Shown here piece after piece: positions 32,412 through 43,011 of a DNA stretch of 64,000 nucleotides. Both the position numbers and the translations under genes were made by a program. Source of the DNA: Gammaproteobacteria bacterium (GTDB taxonomy: Bacteria; Pseudomonadota; Gammaproteobacteria; Ga0077536); NCBI GenBank assembly GCA_963662545.2, contig CAXXLL010000002.1:640001-704000 (forward strand). Reading direction: 5' to 3'. The first letter of the stretch is position 1. The number at the start of each line of letters is the position of its first letter. Under the pieces are notes generated by a model. The model saw only the letters and a program-made list of their open reading frames with translations, was not told where the DNA came from and did not search any database.

Positions 32412-33980
32412 TCACACTCCGGTCTCGCCTGCTTCGCGGGCGCGATCCCGCATGCTGCGCTCATCCCGTTCGAGATAGTACTTTGCCAGGCCGATCAGCA
32501 CGGCTGCGCCAAGGTTCGCGCAAATCGCCGTAACCAAACCCTTGCGCAGGTCGCCGGTCAAATCAGACACGAGGCCGACGGTGAACGGCCCGAGCGCTAA
32601 GCCGATCAGTGTCACGCTGAGGATATATGCGGCGGACGCGGTGCCGCGCATTCGCGGGAGCACCAGATCCGTGATGGTCGATCCCCCGACACCAAGCCAT
32701 GCCGCACCGGTGAACGCTACCACCGCGTTAAGTAAGAAGGCCAGCGTGGTGGACAAGGTGTAGAGCATCCAAATGCCAACCGGTACCGGTACCAGAGCTG
32801 AGATGATTGCGACGTTGAGACGACCGCACGGGTTGCGGGCACGCCAAAAGTCGGCGAGTACCCCACCCAGAGTGACCCCCAGAAATCCGAATGCCGCAGT
32901 GATGCCACCCAACGTGAAACCGAGCTGACCGATGGGAACTTTATGATAGCGGATAAAAAACGGTGCGCTGAAGTAGGCCAGCCCGTATGTGGAAAACGCG
33001 AGGAGTGAGAGGCCCAGCACGACCAAAACCCACGAGCGGGTCTTCAGGATGAGCGTTGCGGTTGGCGGATCGCGCAACGCCAGGCTTTGCGCCCAGGAAA
33101 TCGTCGCGTAAAAGCCGATTGCCAGCGCAATCCACTGTGCCGGGTTGCCGAGAGATACGATAAGCGCCCAAGCAACAAGCGCCAATCCAACGAGCGCGAA
33201 CAGGTTGCGCGCGATCCCCCGGGGCCCTGCGCCACGACGATACAGATTTAGGATCGTGAGGCCGGGTAAGACGGCGCAAAGCTCGCTTCCGAATTCCCGA
33301 AACGGGTGCGGCTCGGGCGGTGAGGTGATGCCGTCCATCGTCCCGCGCGCCGGTTCACGCAACGTCCGTACCCACAACGCAAGTATCAGGCCCGGAAGCC
33401 CGACGACAAAGAACGCTACTTGCCATCCAGCCAACCCGAAGGGTGCGCTGCCTGCTGAAAAAGTGTCGTTCCACCTTTGCACTACCTGGCCGCCGATCAA
33501 GATCCCGAGCCCCGCACCGACGTAGACCCCACTCGTCAGGATCGCAATCACCGTAGCGCGTCGGGCAGGTGCGAAAGAATCCGAGAGCATCGAATACGCA
33601 CAAGGCCCCGTGCCGGCTTCCCCGACCCCGACCGCGATCCGCGCGATGCCGAGTTCGAGGAAATTGCGTGCAAATCCCGAGAACGCGGTGGCGGTGCTCC
33701 AGAACGCCACAGCGTAAGCGACGAAAGTACGCCGCACCCAAACGTCGGCCAAGCGTCCGAAGGGAATGCCAAAGAGCGCGTAGAAAACTGCAAAGGCGGT
33801 CCCGTAGAGAAAGCCCATCTGGGCGTCGCTTAGAGCGAGGTCGCCTTTAATCTCTTCGTTGAGGATCGCGAGGATTTGCCGGTCGACGAAATTGAAGACG
33901 TAAACCAGCATGAGAATGCCGAGGGTGTAACACGAGTAGCGGAACTCGCCGGGCGTCTGGGCAGGTTTCTCGGGCGGCAC
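32412..33980 (-). CDS. MFS transporter (Spinster-like)
   Basis: FNFVDRQIL, GRLAD..RR, GVGEAG and WQVAFFVVGLPG motifs. Confidence 0.9.
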   Translation of the reverse strand: MPPEKPAQTPGEFRYSCYTLGILMLVYVFNFVDRQILAILNEEIKGDLALSDAQMGFLYGTAFAVFYALFGIPFGRLADVWVRRTFVAYAVAFWSTATAFSGFARNFLELGIARIAVGVGEAGTGPCAYSMLSDSFAPARRATVIAILTSGVYVGAGLGILIGGQVVQRWNDTFSAGSAPFGLAGWQVAFFVVGLPGLILALWVRTLREPARGTMDGITSPPEPHPFREFGSELCAVLPGLTILNLYRRGAGPRGIARNLFALVGLALVAWALIVSLGNPAQWIALAIGFYATISWAQSLALRDPPTATLILKTRSWVLVVLGLSLLAFSTYGLAYFSAPFFIRYHKVPIGQLGFTLGGITAAFGFLGVTLGGVLADFWRARNPCGRLNVAIISALVPVPVGIWMLYTLSTTLAFLLNAVVAFTGAAWLGVGGSTITDLVLPRMRGTASAAYILSVTLIGLALGPFTVGLVSDLTGDLRKGLVTAICANLGAAVLIGLAKYYLERDERSMRDRAREAGETGV

Positions 33981-34111
33981 GGCGGTGCAATCTACTCGCT
34001 GGATGGAAGCGCACCCAGAGTATAAGGCGGTTGACGTTCCTTTATGGCATTTGCGTCAGCTTGTGCGCCCGCATCGACGCATGAGCGGTTTCCGCTCACC
34101 GCCCATTTCCT

Positions 34112-34395
34112 GCCTCCTCGCGGCAGTGCAGCATCGCTCCAGATTAAGTCTGCAATACGCTCCATAGCGGTCGTCCGGTAGCGTTCGGGGCGCGACCCTG
34201 ACTCGCGGCTGCAGTCGGCCGAGGCTGTGTCAAAAGTATTTTCGAATTTTGAAAGTGGGAGAAGTTTAGCCCGATTCGTCTACCTTAGGCGGTGCGTTCC
34301 CTTAATCAATCGTGCATAACAACCTAAGTGGGGAAAATTTTCACGGCGGGCTCCATTTTTCGACTTTTGACACAGCCTCGGCCACAACCGGACAT
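34112..34395 (+). repeat. Tri-modular repeat R9 (5'-truncated) containing MITE-A copy 2
   Basis: CTCGCGGCAGTGCAGCA...GTCTGCAATACGCTCCATAGCGGTC; GGCC at 34217 and 34380. Confidence 0.88.
34221..34379. mobile_element. MITE-A copy 2 (159 bp)
   Basis: Same sequence as 21253-21411; GGCC TSD. Confidence 0.9.
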
Positions 34396-34520
34396 ACTGC
34401 TCAAGCTAATTAACGGCACATCATCAATTGCTACACTTTTAATACCGTCGGCGAAAAAGGGTATGTGAATGACGTTCGACGAGGTTCAATCCTGATGCGC
34501 ACAAACACGGGGAGCAGCCG

Positions 34521-35192
34521 GTGAGCTTTTACGAAAACAGAATCTTGCCGCGGATCATCGATCGCATTTGTGGCCACCGCGCGTTTGCGGATCAACGCGC
34601 GAAACTAATCCCGCAGGCGATCGGTCGCGTCCTCGAGGTCGGTTATGGCACCGGTACGAGTTTGCAATGGTACGACGCCGACAAAGTTGAACAGGTCATT
34701 GCCCTGGACCCAGCTGCAGGCGCGATGGAACTCGCGGCGGAACGTGAACGCGGTTCCTCAATTGCGGTTGAACATGTCGCCTTACGTGGCGAAGAAATTC
34801 CGCTCGACGCGGAAAGTGTGGATACCGTGGTCGTCGCCTACACTTTATGCACGATTCCCGATGTCGAATCGGCGATTGCCGGGATGCGCAGGGTGCTTAA
34901 ACCAGGCGGTAAGCTCTTGTTCATGGAGCACGGTCAATCACCCAACGCCAACATAAAACGTTGGCAGGAGCGCTTGAACCGTCCCTGGGGCATCGTCTTC
35001 GGCGGCTGTAATTTGCTGCGCCAACCGCCAATGCTGCTGGCGGAGGCCGGTTTCGTCCTCGATCATCGTGAAGAGCTTGAGGTGCCGTCGCCGCCGCCAA
35101 TTCCTGGAATCACTCTGGTCAAGTACAACTATCTGGGTGTCGCGCGTCGCGCGTCGTGCGTCGTGCGTAGGCAAAAACGTACGCAGGCTTGA
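34521..35192 (+). CDS. Class I SAM-dependent methyltransferase
   Basis: VLEVGYGTG, TLCTIPD and RVLKPGGKLLFMEHG motifs. Confidence 0.9.
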   Translation: MSFYENRILPRIIDRICGHRAFADQRAKLIPQAIGRVLEVGYGTGTSLQWYDADKVEQVIALDPAAGAMELAAERERGSSIAVEHVALRGEEIPLDAESVDTVVVAYTLCTIPDVESAIAGMRRVLKPGGKLLFMEHGQSPNANIKRWQERLNRPWGIVFGGCNLLRQPPMLLAEAGFVLDHREELEVPSPPPIPGITLVKYNYLGVARRASCVVRRQKRTQA

Positions 35193-35255
35193 TCAGATCA
35201 GGACATAACTTGTAAGAACTCAGACTTGCTCTGACAGTTCCGCCACGCAAATTAA

Positions 35256-35329
35256 TGTCCGCTATCGAAAACATTCCGCTCATACTTCGGGATGGCGATT
35301 TCGGCAGCTCTCGGCCATGGACGGACAAT
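35256..35329 (+). repeat. Degenerate partial repeat R10
   Basis: GTCCGCT module start and GGCAGCTCTCGGCCATGGACGGACA module 3. Confidence 0.5.
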
Positions 35330-35403
35330 GTTTGTGCCCGGTGGTATACCAAATTGCAGGCTCTAGGCTATCCTTATCACGAGGCTATTCCTATAAGGAA
35401 CGT

Positions 35404-35727
35404 ATGCACAATTTGGTACAGTGTCTGTTGTTCATCGGTTTACTCAGCATCGGCACGGGCAAGGCCGTGCAGGCCGACGACCTGCGCGGTTTCGTTCTCG
35501 CCAGCTCCTGCGTAAGCTGTCACGGTGATGCTTCACCGAACGGTGCGGGTATCCCCGCCATCGTCGGAAGGGACGCCGCGTTTATCGCCGATGCACTGAA
35601 AAATTTTCGTTCAGGCGCGCGCGTATCGACCATCATGCAAAGGCTCGCGCGTGGTTACGACGACGCAGAAGTTGAACTTATTGCCGCATGGCTGGCCAAA
35701 ACTCAGTCCACAATTGTGAGACCCTGA
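35404..35727 (+). CDS. fccA: Flavocytochrome c, monoheme cytochrome subunit
   Basis: Signal peptide, CVSCH, STIMQRLARGY; abuts fccB. Confidence 0.85.
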   Translation: MHNLVQCLLFIGLLSIGTGKAVQADDLRGFVLASSCVSCHGDASPNGAGIPAIVGRDAAFIADALKNFRSGARVSTIMQRLARGYDDAEVELIAAWLAKTQSTIVRP

Positions 35728-36999
35728 ATGCAACGCCGTAATTTTCTCGGGCAATCGGCTGGGATAGCAGCGCTCGCCATGCTGACACCATGGCGAGCGA
35801 CCGCGACAACGTCTGCGCGGACGATCATTATTGGCGGTGGATTCGGCGGAGCGACCTGTGCGCGCTATCTGCGCTTACTCGATCCCGGCCTCGCCGTCAC
35901 ATTGATCGAAAGCGACGCCGCCTTCGTAACCTGCCCTTTCAGTAACCTCGTACTCGCAGGAATGCGCACCGTTGACGAAATCACGCATACGTACGCCCGA
36001 CTTCGAGCGTCCGCGATCACAGTGATTCACGATACAGCGACCGCAATTGATGCCGACAATCGTCGCGTAGCGCTCGCCAGTGGTAAGCAACTGGACTATG
36101 ACCGGCTCATCGTCGCCCCTGGGATCGCACTGAAGTTCGACGCTGTACCTGGCTACGACACGGCCGCGGCCGAGCTCATGCCGCATGCCTGGAAGGCTGG
36201 CGCACAGACATTATTGCTACGCCGGCAACTCGAGGCGATGAACGACGGAGGTGTGGTTGTGATTGCGGCGCCGGCCAATCCGTTCCGTTGCCCGCCCGGA
36301 CCTTATGAACGCGCCAGCTTGATTGCGCACTATCTGAAGCAGCACAAACCGAGATCCAAGATCCTGATTCTGGACACCAAAGACAAATTTTCAAAGCAGA
36401 GTCTGTTCCAGCAGGGTTGGAACGCGCTCTATCCGGGCATGATTGAATGGGTCGCCGGATCCGCCGGTGGGTTGGTTGAACGTGTGGAGGCCGCGTCGCG
36501 GACCCTGGTGACCGAGTCCGGTTTTACTGAACACCGCGCCGACGTGGTAAATTTCATCCCGCCGCAAGAGGCCGGGCAAATCGCGCAGCAAGCCGAACTC
36601 ACGGATGCTTCCGGTTGGTGCCCGGTTAATCAGCTCAGTTTCGAGTCGCTGCGTATTCCCGGTATACACGTTCTCGGTGATGCCGCGATAGCCGGTGCGA
36701 TGCCAAAATCAGGCTTTTCCGCCAACAGCCAGGCGAAAGTTTGTGCGGCTGCAATCGTCGCAGCATTGCGCGGTGACCCGATACCGGAAGCTTCCTACGC
36801 CAACACCTGTTATAGCCTTGTCGGCCCCGATTACGGAATCTCGGTCAGTGCGGTATATGCCCTTACTGATAGTGCCATCGCCGCCGTTAAGGGCGCCGGA
36901 GGATTAAGTCCGAGCGATGCCGATCCCGCGTTTCGCGCGCGCGAGGCGGCCTACGCTCGCGGTTGGTATTCCAGTATTACAGCCGATACCTGGGGCTAG
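35728..36999 (+). CDS. fccB: Flavocytochrome c sulfide dehydrogenase flavoprotein (FccB/SoxF)
   Basis: Tat RRNFL; GGGFGGAT, CPFSN, PFRCPPGPYER and NTCYS motifs. Confidence 0.92.
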   Translation: MQRRNFLGQSAGIAALAMLTPWRATATTSARTIIIGGGFGGATCARYLRLLDPGLAVTLIESDAAFVTCPFSNLVLAGMRTVDEITHTYARLRASAITVIHDTATAIDADNRRVALASGKQLDYDRLIVAPGIALKFDAVPGYDTAAAELMPHAWKAGAQTLLLRRQLEAMNDGGVVVIAAPANPFRCPPGPYERASLIAHYLKQHKPRSKILILDTKDKFSKQSLFQQGWNALYPGMIEWVAGSAGGLVERVEAASRTLVTESGFTEHRADVVNFIPPQEAGQIAQQAELTDASGWCPVNQLSFESLRIPGIHVLGDAAIAGAMPKSGFSANSQAKVCAAAIVAALRGDPIPEASYANTCYSLVGPDYGISVSAVYALTDSAIAAVKGAGGLSPSDADPAFRAREAAYARGWYSSITADTWG

Positions 37000-37037
37000 C
37001 CGACGCTCGACTGCGCCCTTCCTTCGCTGCCGCTGAT

Positions 37038-37303
37038 GGCCGCAATGGGTCCAGGCTGTCCGAAAACTAATTTCGATTTTGGAAAGTGGGGTATGCGTTA
37101 TCCAATTTGATCAATTTGCGCAGTGTGGTCCCTAATTTATCTGCTATGGGGACAACAAGTGGGGAAACTTTTCGTCGCGTAACGATTTTTCGGAGTTTTC
37201 GGACAGCCTGGGTCGTCAGCGGCCTCATCGCCGCGTTGCACCACTACTAAACGTTACGTCTGCAATCCTCTCAATAGCGGTCGTGCGGCAGTGTTCAGCG
37301 GCG
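37038..37303 (+). repeat. Tri-modular repeat R11 (3'-truncated, fused to ISCR tail) containing MITE-B
   Basis: GGTC at 37048 and 37211; module 2 present. Confidence 0.88.
37052..37210. mobile_element. MITE-B copy 2 (159 bp)
   Basis: IRs CAGGCTGTCCGAAAACT; GGTC TSD. Confidence 0.9.
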
Positions 37304-37771
37304 ACTGAAGACCTAACGCCTCTTGAACGCCGAGCAGCGATGAATTGGGCGCAGCGCCTGAAGCGGGTATTCAACATCGACGTCGAGACCTGCAATAGCT
37401 GTGGCGGGCAGGTCAAGATCATCGCGTGCATCGAGGATCCTGTGGTAATCGAGAAGATTCTCACCCATATCGAGCGCAAAGAAACTTCAACAGGCGCCTC
37501 GCGTTTGCCACCGTCTCGGGGGCCGCCGCAGGCCAGTTTGTTCGCCTAATACACGGACAACCGTGCGAGCAACACTGGCAGCTGCGATACCGACGAAGCG
37601 GCAGGGTCGCTGTCGAGCCGAGGGTCGAAGAGCCCAAAAATTAGCACCTAAGTGTGAGATTCTCCGGGCTCGGCCAGCCGACACCGCCTGCAAGCGCGCG
37701 TTGACGGCTGTGCGAGCACCTGCGGACACTCGATGAAGTTGCGGAAAAGGGCGTTTGTTCGTCTTATACGC
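37304..37771 (+). pseudogene. IS91/ISCR 3' remnant with oriIS-like end
   Basis: MNWAQRLKRVFNIDVETCNSCGG..IIACIEDP..RGPP; ends AAAAGGGCGTTTGTTCGTCTTATACGC. Confidence 0.88.
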
Positions 37772-37782
37772 TAATGTCCGCG

Positions 37783-39195
37783 CTATGATCTCACTGTCGG
37801 CTTGATGTTCTGGTTGAAGCGAAACATATTAGTGGGATCGTATTTATTCTTCAGCGCGACCAGGCGCTTATATTTCTCCGGTCCATAGGCAGCCATCACC
37901 CGATCGTCGCCTTCGTCGTCCTGCGGCCCCAGGTAATTGACATAAACCGAGTCCTCGTTGAACGGCGCCATGGCATCAAAGAAATCCCGTGTCCAGGCGA
38001 CGATCTGTTCATTGTTTGACGGGTCTGAGGTCATGCCCATGATCAATGAACTGTAACGGGCATCGCGGTGGTTGAAGGCGGTGTCATCCTTGCCGACACG
38101 TCGAACGCCGTTACCGACCTGCTCGATCATAAAGACCGATTCCGGCGTGGGGATCCTCGACACGAAATCGAGGATCACCTCGATAGTGTCGGCATTGAGT
38201 TTTTTCAGAAAATTGGACTTCCAATAATTCTGAAGTTTTTCTGGAAAAACTTCATCCGATGCTTGTTGATAGTCTACGTAGGTCGTTGGAACAATATCGT
38301 CGCTGATGGGCGAGCCGAACTCTCTCAGTGGTCGCAAGTACTTCTTACCCTCGTGTATGCCGCCGAAATAACAGACTTCAACCCCGAGCGCTAGTGGGCC
38401 ATCAGGTAATGTCGCGAACTGCACTAAGGAAACCAGATCATCGGGGGACGACTCGGTAAATTCGTCGTAAAACGTGAGCACGTCGCGGGCGGCGTCCAGC
38501 GGATGCCATATCACACCTCCTAGTACCTCACCTACCGGATGAACTTGATACTCAAACGACGTCACGACACCGAAATTTCCGCCGCCGCCGCGCAGTCCCC
38601 AAAACAGTTCTTCGTTTTGATCGGCGCTCACCGTCATCAGTCGCCCGTCGGCGGTGACGACATCAGCGGATAACAGGTTGTCACAAGCGAGTCCGTGTCG
38701 CCCGCCGAGCCAACCCCAGCCACCGCCCAAGGTCAATCCCGCTACGCCGGTACGTGATACAGCCCCGCCCGTACTGGCCAGGCCGAACGTCTGCGTCTCG
38801 CGATCGTAATCCTTCCAGGTTGCGCCACCCTCGGCTCTTGCGATGCGCGTCGCTACATCAACGTGAATACTTTTCATCAACGATAGATCGATCATCAAGC
38901 CGCCATCACACACGGCATTGCCCGAAACGTTGTGACCGCCGCCACGAATGGACACGCTAAGCACATTCGACCGCGCGAAGTTGACTGCTGCAATCACGTC
39001 CGAGACACCGGCGCATCGGACGATCAAATCCGGTCGGTGGTCAATCATTTCGTTCCATATCGTGCGGGCTTCGTCATACCCCGCATCGTGAGCTTGAAAG
39101 ACCGAACCGCGCAGGCCTATTTTGAATTCATCGATAATAGATTGATCGAGGCCCATACTATCCGAGCTATCACTGGCGGTATGTGTAACAGACAT
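37783..39195 (-). CDS. FAD-binding oxidoreductase, BBE/6-hydroxynicotine oxidase-like
   Basis: RGGGHN (covalent His), GGGGNFGVVT, YVNY and KYDPTNMFRFNQNI motifs. Confidence 0.92.
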   Translation of the reverse strand: MSVTHTASDSSDSMGLDQSIIDEFKIGLRGSVFQAHDAGYDEARTIWNEMIDHRPDLIVRCAGVSDVIAAVNFARSNVLSVSIRGGGHNVSGNAVCDGGLMIDLSLMKSIHVDVATRIARAEGGATWKDYDRETQTFGLASTGGAVSRTGVAGLTLGGGWGWLGGRHGLACDNLLSADVVTADGRLMTVSADQNEELFWGLRGGGGNFGVVTSFEYQVHPVGEVLGGVIWHPLDAARDVLTFYDEFTESSPDDLVSLVQFATLPDGPLALGVEVCYFGGIHEGKKYLRPLREFGSPISDDIVPTTYVDYQQASDEVFPEKLQNYWKSNFLKKLNADTIEVILDFVSRIPTPESVFMIEQVGNGVRRVGKDDTAFNHRDARYSSLIMGMTSDPSNNEQIVAWTRDFFDAMAPFNEDSVYVNYLGPQDDEGDDRVMAAYGPEKYKRLVALKNKYDPTNMFRFNQNIKPTVRS

Positions 39196-39591
39196 CTTGG
39201 TTCTCCCCTTCGCAATGACGACACTGCTTTGGAACCAATACTACGATGATTGAATCAAAAGTGCCCTTTCTACGCCGATTTTCGATCCGATTAAAAGATC
39301 AAAGGTTCGTTATCTTCCAAACGCAGTCATTGCCTGCTCAAACTATAGTTTGTTCGCGGTTGCGAGATTTAATTTCACTTGTTCTCTCATGATCGGACGA
39401 GAAAGCTTAATCGACGAAATCATGGAATTTCGCGACCATCATTGGCGCTGCAGGTCGAAGTGATTGTAAATTCGGCGTGCGCGCTTTACTTATAAGCTGT
39501 CGGCATTCATGCTGCAGAATAGTAAAATGAATCGTTCAGCGATGAATGCGAATGCGGCACTACAATAATCTTACAGTCAGAGGAAATAGCG

Positions 39592-40005
39592 ATGACTGAT
39601 AAATTTGGCGGCGCCTGCATGTGCGGCGCAGTGCGCTACAAGTGCAAATCCGAACCGGCTGCAACGGTCGTTTGTCATTGTCGGGATTGCCAGAAGCACA
39701 CGGGTAGCGCCTTTGCGACCGCGATGTTCTTTCTCAAAACCGACGTTGATATAACTGGCGAGCTAAAATCGTTTGATAAAAAAACGGATGCCGGCAACGT
39801 CATGACGAGAACGTTTTGCGGCATATGTGGTTCACATATTACGGAGTTTACGACTGGATTCCCCGAGCACGTCGTGGTGCATGCCGGGACGCTGGATGAT
39901 CCGACCCGGGTGAATCCCGATTCGCAGTGCTGGACGCCAAGAACCTTGCACTGGATCAACGACGTCGGCGGCTTGCACGGTTTCGAACAAGACCCGGAAT
40001 TTTAG
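39592..40005 (+). CDS. GFA/CENP-V family protein
   Basis: GACMCGAVRY, CHCRDCQ and FCGICGS motifs. Confidence 0.9.
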   Translation: MTDKFGGACMCGAVRYKCKSEPAATVVCHCRDCQKHTGSAFATAMFFLKTDVDITGELKSFDKKTDAGNVMTRTFCGICGSHITEFTTGFPEHVVVHAGTLDDPTRVNPDSQCWTPRTLHWINDVGGLHGFEQDPEF

Positions 40006-40085
40006 TCGCCCGATAGACGGAATTGATCAGCCATGTCGCGTGATACCTCGGCGATCGATACCGTCCAATTGCCTGGAAACCCGTT

Positions 40086-40847
40086 ATGAAAGAGCATGAA
40101 GAAGCCTATGCGATGCCATTGGCCGCACCGACCTTCACGCCGCCGCCGTTCTACGCAACACCCTACAGCCGCATTATCCTGATGGTCTACAAGGCGGACC
40201 CGGATGCGGTCGCCTGGGAGGTGCCGGAACCGCTCGAGATGGCAGAGGACGGCGTCATGCTGGCCTGGATCGGCGATATGGGCCAGCCGACTCACACTAT
40301 TGACGTTTATCACGAAGCGCTTACCGCGATTAAGGTGAAGTATCTACGATGGTCGGGCTGGTACATCAATTACATTTGGGTGGACCACGACATGGCGCTC
40401 ACTTTCGAGCGCGAAATATACGGCTGGCCGGCCAACCTGTGTGAATCGACGTCGCTGCAATTTCACGGCAGTCAAATTCTCGCGGACTGTGTACGTTATG
40501 GTGAGCAGTTGATGCGCATAAGTATGAACATCACCAGCCCACCGCCGCAGGGCCGCGAGACGCCGCTCGAGGATGAATTCGGGCGATTGGTTGGCGGGGA
40601 TTTTCTACAGATCCGAAAATTTCCGGCACCGGAGAAAGACGGCATTCCGATCAAGCAACTCCTGCTCATTCCATCGACCGATTTCAAGGTTCACGAAATC
40701 TGGTCGGGGCCTGCGGTGCTCGAACTCGGCAGCTCAGGACTTTACCCACACCTGCATAAACTGAATCCGATCGAAATCCTTGGAGCCTGGTACACGAAAT
40801 CCTCATGGATCGTGCCGTATCCTGAAATTCTTTGGGAGAACAAATAG
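40086..40847 (+). CDS. Acetoacetate decarboxylase family protein
   Basis: AYAMPL, VPEPLE, YHEA and REIYGWP motifs; the catalytic Lys position appears substituted (PAN). Confidence 0.75.
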   Translation: MKEHEEAYAMPLAAPTFTPPPFYATPYSRIILMVYKADPDAVAWEVPEPLEMAEDGVMLAWIGDMGQPTHTIDVYHEALTAIKVKYLRWSGWYINYIWVDHDMALTFEREIYGWPANLCESTSLQFHGSQILADCVRYGEQLMRISMNITSPPPQGRETPLEDEFGRLVGGDFLQIRKFPAPEKDGIPIKQLLLIPSTDFKVHEIWSGPAVLELGSSGLYPHLHKLNPIEILGAWYTKSSWIVPYPEILWENK

Positions 40848-41105
40848 GAGCGGGAGGCTCCAGGTCCTACCTGCCTTTGGTGATGAGCGCTGTTCTGTTT
40901 TGCGCCGGCGTGGCTATTGAGCCCTTCGAGACATGAGATGCTACGTAACGCGAATGATTTTAACGCCTTTTATAACTCCCTCTTCCTGTGTGACCGTGGC
41001 TCGGGCATTGCGACATAGGTAAAGACATAGAAACTCCAAGATGCGAAGGCATTGTTGGCGGAGTGGGAGTAAAGAAGCCGCATTCTCCGAGGTCTGCAAA
41101 GGGTC

Positions 41106-42789
41106 CAGGCTGTCCATAAACTCACTTTGCGGAGCACTTGACGGCTCATCCGGGCTGTTTGGTAGCGGCGTCATCACGATGCGCTGATTCTGCGCGTCCA
41201 ACAGCGTTTGAGAAACTCGACGCCAAAGTGGCGAAGGACATTCGCCGCCGCGGTCTATCCAACACCCGGAGGATGTTTCGGGAAAAAGGCGGGTTCCTAT
41301 GACTGTATCGCTTCTATGAGTGGCGCAACCCCGAGTATCGCCATCGCCCGTTTCATGTTGTACGCCAGCACGTGCAAACTCATCTCCGTACCCACGTTCT
41401 TCAGCGTTTTCATTTGGAAGTGTGTCGACCCCATCCAGGATTTCAACGTGCCGAAGGGATGTTCGACGGTCTGTCGTCGAACGCGCATGCGCGCGGGCTC
41501 TTTGTCCAACCTTGCTTCAACCGCTTCGAGCACGGCTTCGTGCTCCCAGCGGCTGACGCGTCGTTCTTTCCCCGTCGTGCACTTGCCTTTGAGCGCACAT
41601 GAACCACACGTCGATGCCCAGTAACGGTAGATTGTTAATCCGTCTTGGTGTGTTTCCGTGCGGCGCGTCAGTCGCTCTCCCGCCGGACATTCGTATTCGT
41701 CATCATCGGGCTTATAAATGAAATCCCGTTTGCCGAAGAGGCCCTTCGCCAGATTGCCCGAGGTCTGGGGTTTCGGCAGATAAGTCGTGACCCCCGCTTC
41801 ATCACACGCCAGGCTCTCCTCGCTCCTGTAGTAACCCCGGTCCGCGACAACCTCCAGGTGCTCAACACCGAGTGCTTCCTTCGCTTGCTTTGCCATGGCG
41901 GCGAGCGCCGCTCGGTCATGACCCACGTTCGTCACCTCGTGCGTCACGATCATATGATGTTTAGCGTCAACCGCCGCCTGTACGTTGTAGCCCACCATCC
42001 CCGTACCGCGCCCGCTGGTCGCCATCGAGCGGGCGTCTGGATCAGTCAGTGAGATCTGTTGGCCCGGTGCCTCAAGCATCCGGGCTTCCAACTTTTTTAG
42101 GCGCGCCATCTCCTCTTTCAGTCGGCTGATTTTATCCGCCAGTCGCTCCGTTTTGTCCTTCGCAACCGCTGCTTCCTGACGGTCAGCACTCGCCATCTGA
42201 CCCAGATACCGCTCAATGCTCTCGTCAATCTGCGCCAACCGACGCTTCAGCTTCGCCTTGGTGAAGTTCCGCTCCCGGTTGTTCACCGCCTTGAACTTGC
42301 TGCCATCAATCGCTACAAATGCCTCCGAGAATAATTCCAGCTTCCGGCACAGCATCACAAACTCCCGGCACACCAGACGAATGGCGACACCGTTGTCCTT
42401 CCTGAAATCCGCGATGGTTCTAAAGTCAGGCGCTAAGCGACCCGTCAGCCACATCAACTCCACATTGCGCTGCGCTTCACGCGCCAGCCGTCGCGATGAC
42501 TGAACTCGATTCAGGTAGCCGTATACGTAAAGTTTTAAAAGGGTTCTCGGATCGAAGCCCGGCCGACCCGCGGCCTTGGCCTCCGACTGGAAACCTAGAC
42601 CGGAAATATCCAGCTCGTCGATGAATACATCAATCACGCGCACCGCACTGTCTTCGCCGATGTAATCATCCAGTCGCTCTGGAAACAGCGTCGCTTGGTA
42701 GCGATCTTCGCCTTCAATGAATCCACTCATCAGACGATTCCTTGCGCGAAAGGTCGATTATAGATTCATGGGAGTTTTCGGACAGCCTG
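41106..42789 (-). mobile_element. IS1182-family element
   Basis: IRs CAGGCTGTCCATAAACTC / GAGTTTTCGGACAGCCTG; GGTC TSD. Confidence 0.92.
41297..42730 (-). CDS. IS1182 transposase
   Basis: SSRRLAREA, AIDGSKF, ADRGY and VEHPFGTLK motifs. Confidence 0.93.
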   Translation of the reverse strand: MSGFIEGEDRYQATLFPERLDDYIGEDSAVRVIDVFIDELDISGLGFQSEAKAAGRPGFDPRTLLKLYVYGYLNRVQSSRRLAREAQRNVELMWLTGRLAPDFRTIADFRKDNGVAIRLVCREFVMLCRKLELFSEAFVAIDGSKFKAVNNRERNFTKAKLKRRLAQIDESIERYLGQMASADRQEAAVAKDKTERLADKISRLKEEMARLKKLEARMLEAPGQQISLTDPDARSMATSGRGTGMVGYNVQAAVDAKHHMIVTHEVTNVGHDRAALAAMAKQAKEALGVEHLEVVADRGYYRSEESLACDEAGVTTYLPKPQTSGNLAKGLFGKRDFIYKPDDDEYECPAGERLTRRTETHQDGLTIYRYWASTCGSCALKGKCTTGKERRVSRWEHEAVLEAVEARLDKEPARMRVRRQTVEHPFGTLKSWMGSTHFQMKTLKNVGTEMSLHVLAYNMKRAMAILGVAPLIEAIQS

Positions 42790-43011
42790 GGTCGTAAGCC
42801 GCCCGCTCGCGGCAGTGCAGCACTGCTAGAGGTTAGGTCTGGGATACCCTCGTAAGCGGCCATTCCCTTCTCATAAAAAGCATCGCAGCGCTTGACTTCG
42901 GCTCGCGGCTAAGAGCGGTCCCGAATATAAACGGTGTTCGTCGAGAATTGCTATGCTTACAGAACTGCCCTCGGGTGAACATCCAATAAGACGATGTCGG
43001 GAGATCGGACC

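Larger units (their letters stand above)
41092..42921 (+). repeat. Tri-modular repeat R12 split by IS1182 (41092-41105 + 42790-42921)
   Basis: GGTC duplicated; module-3 core GGCT at +118. Confidence 0.85.
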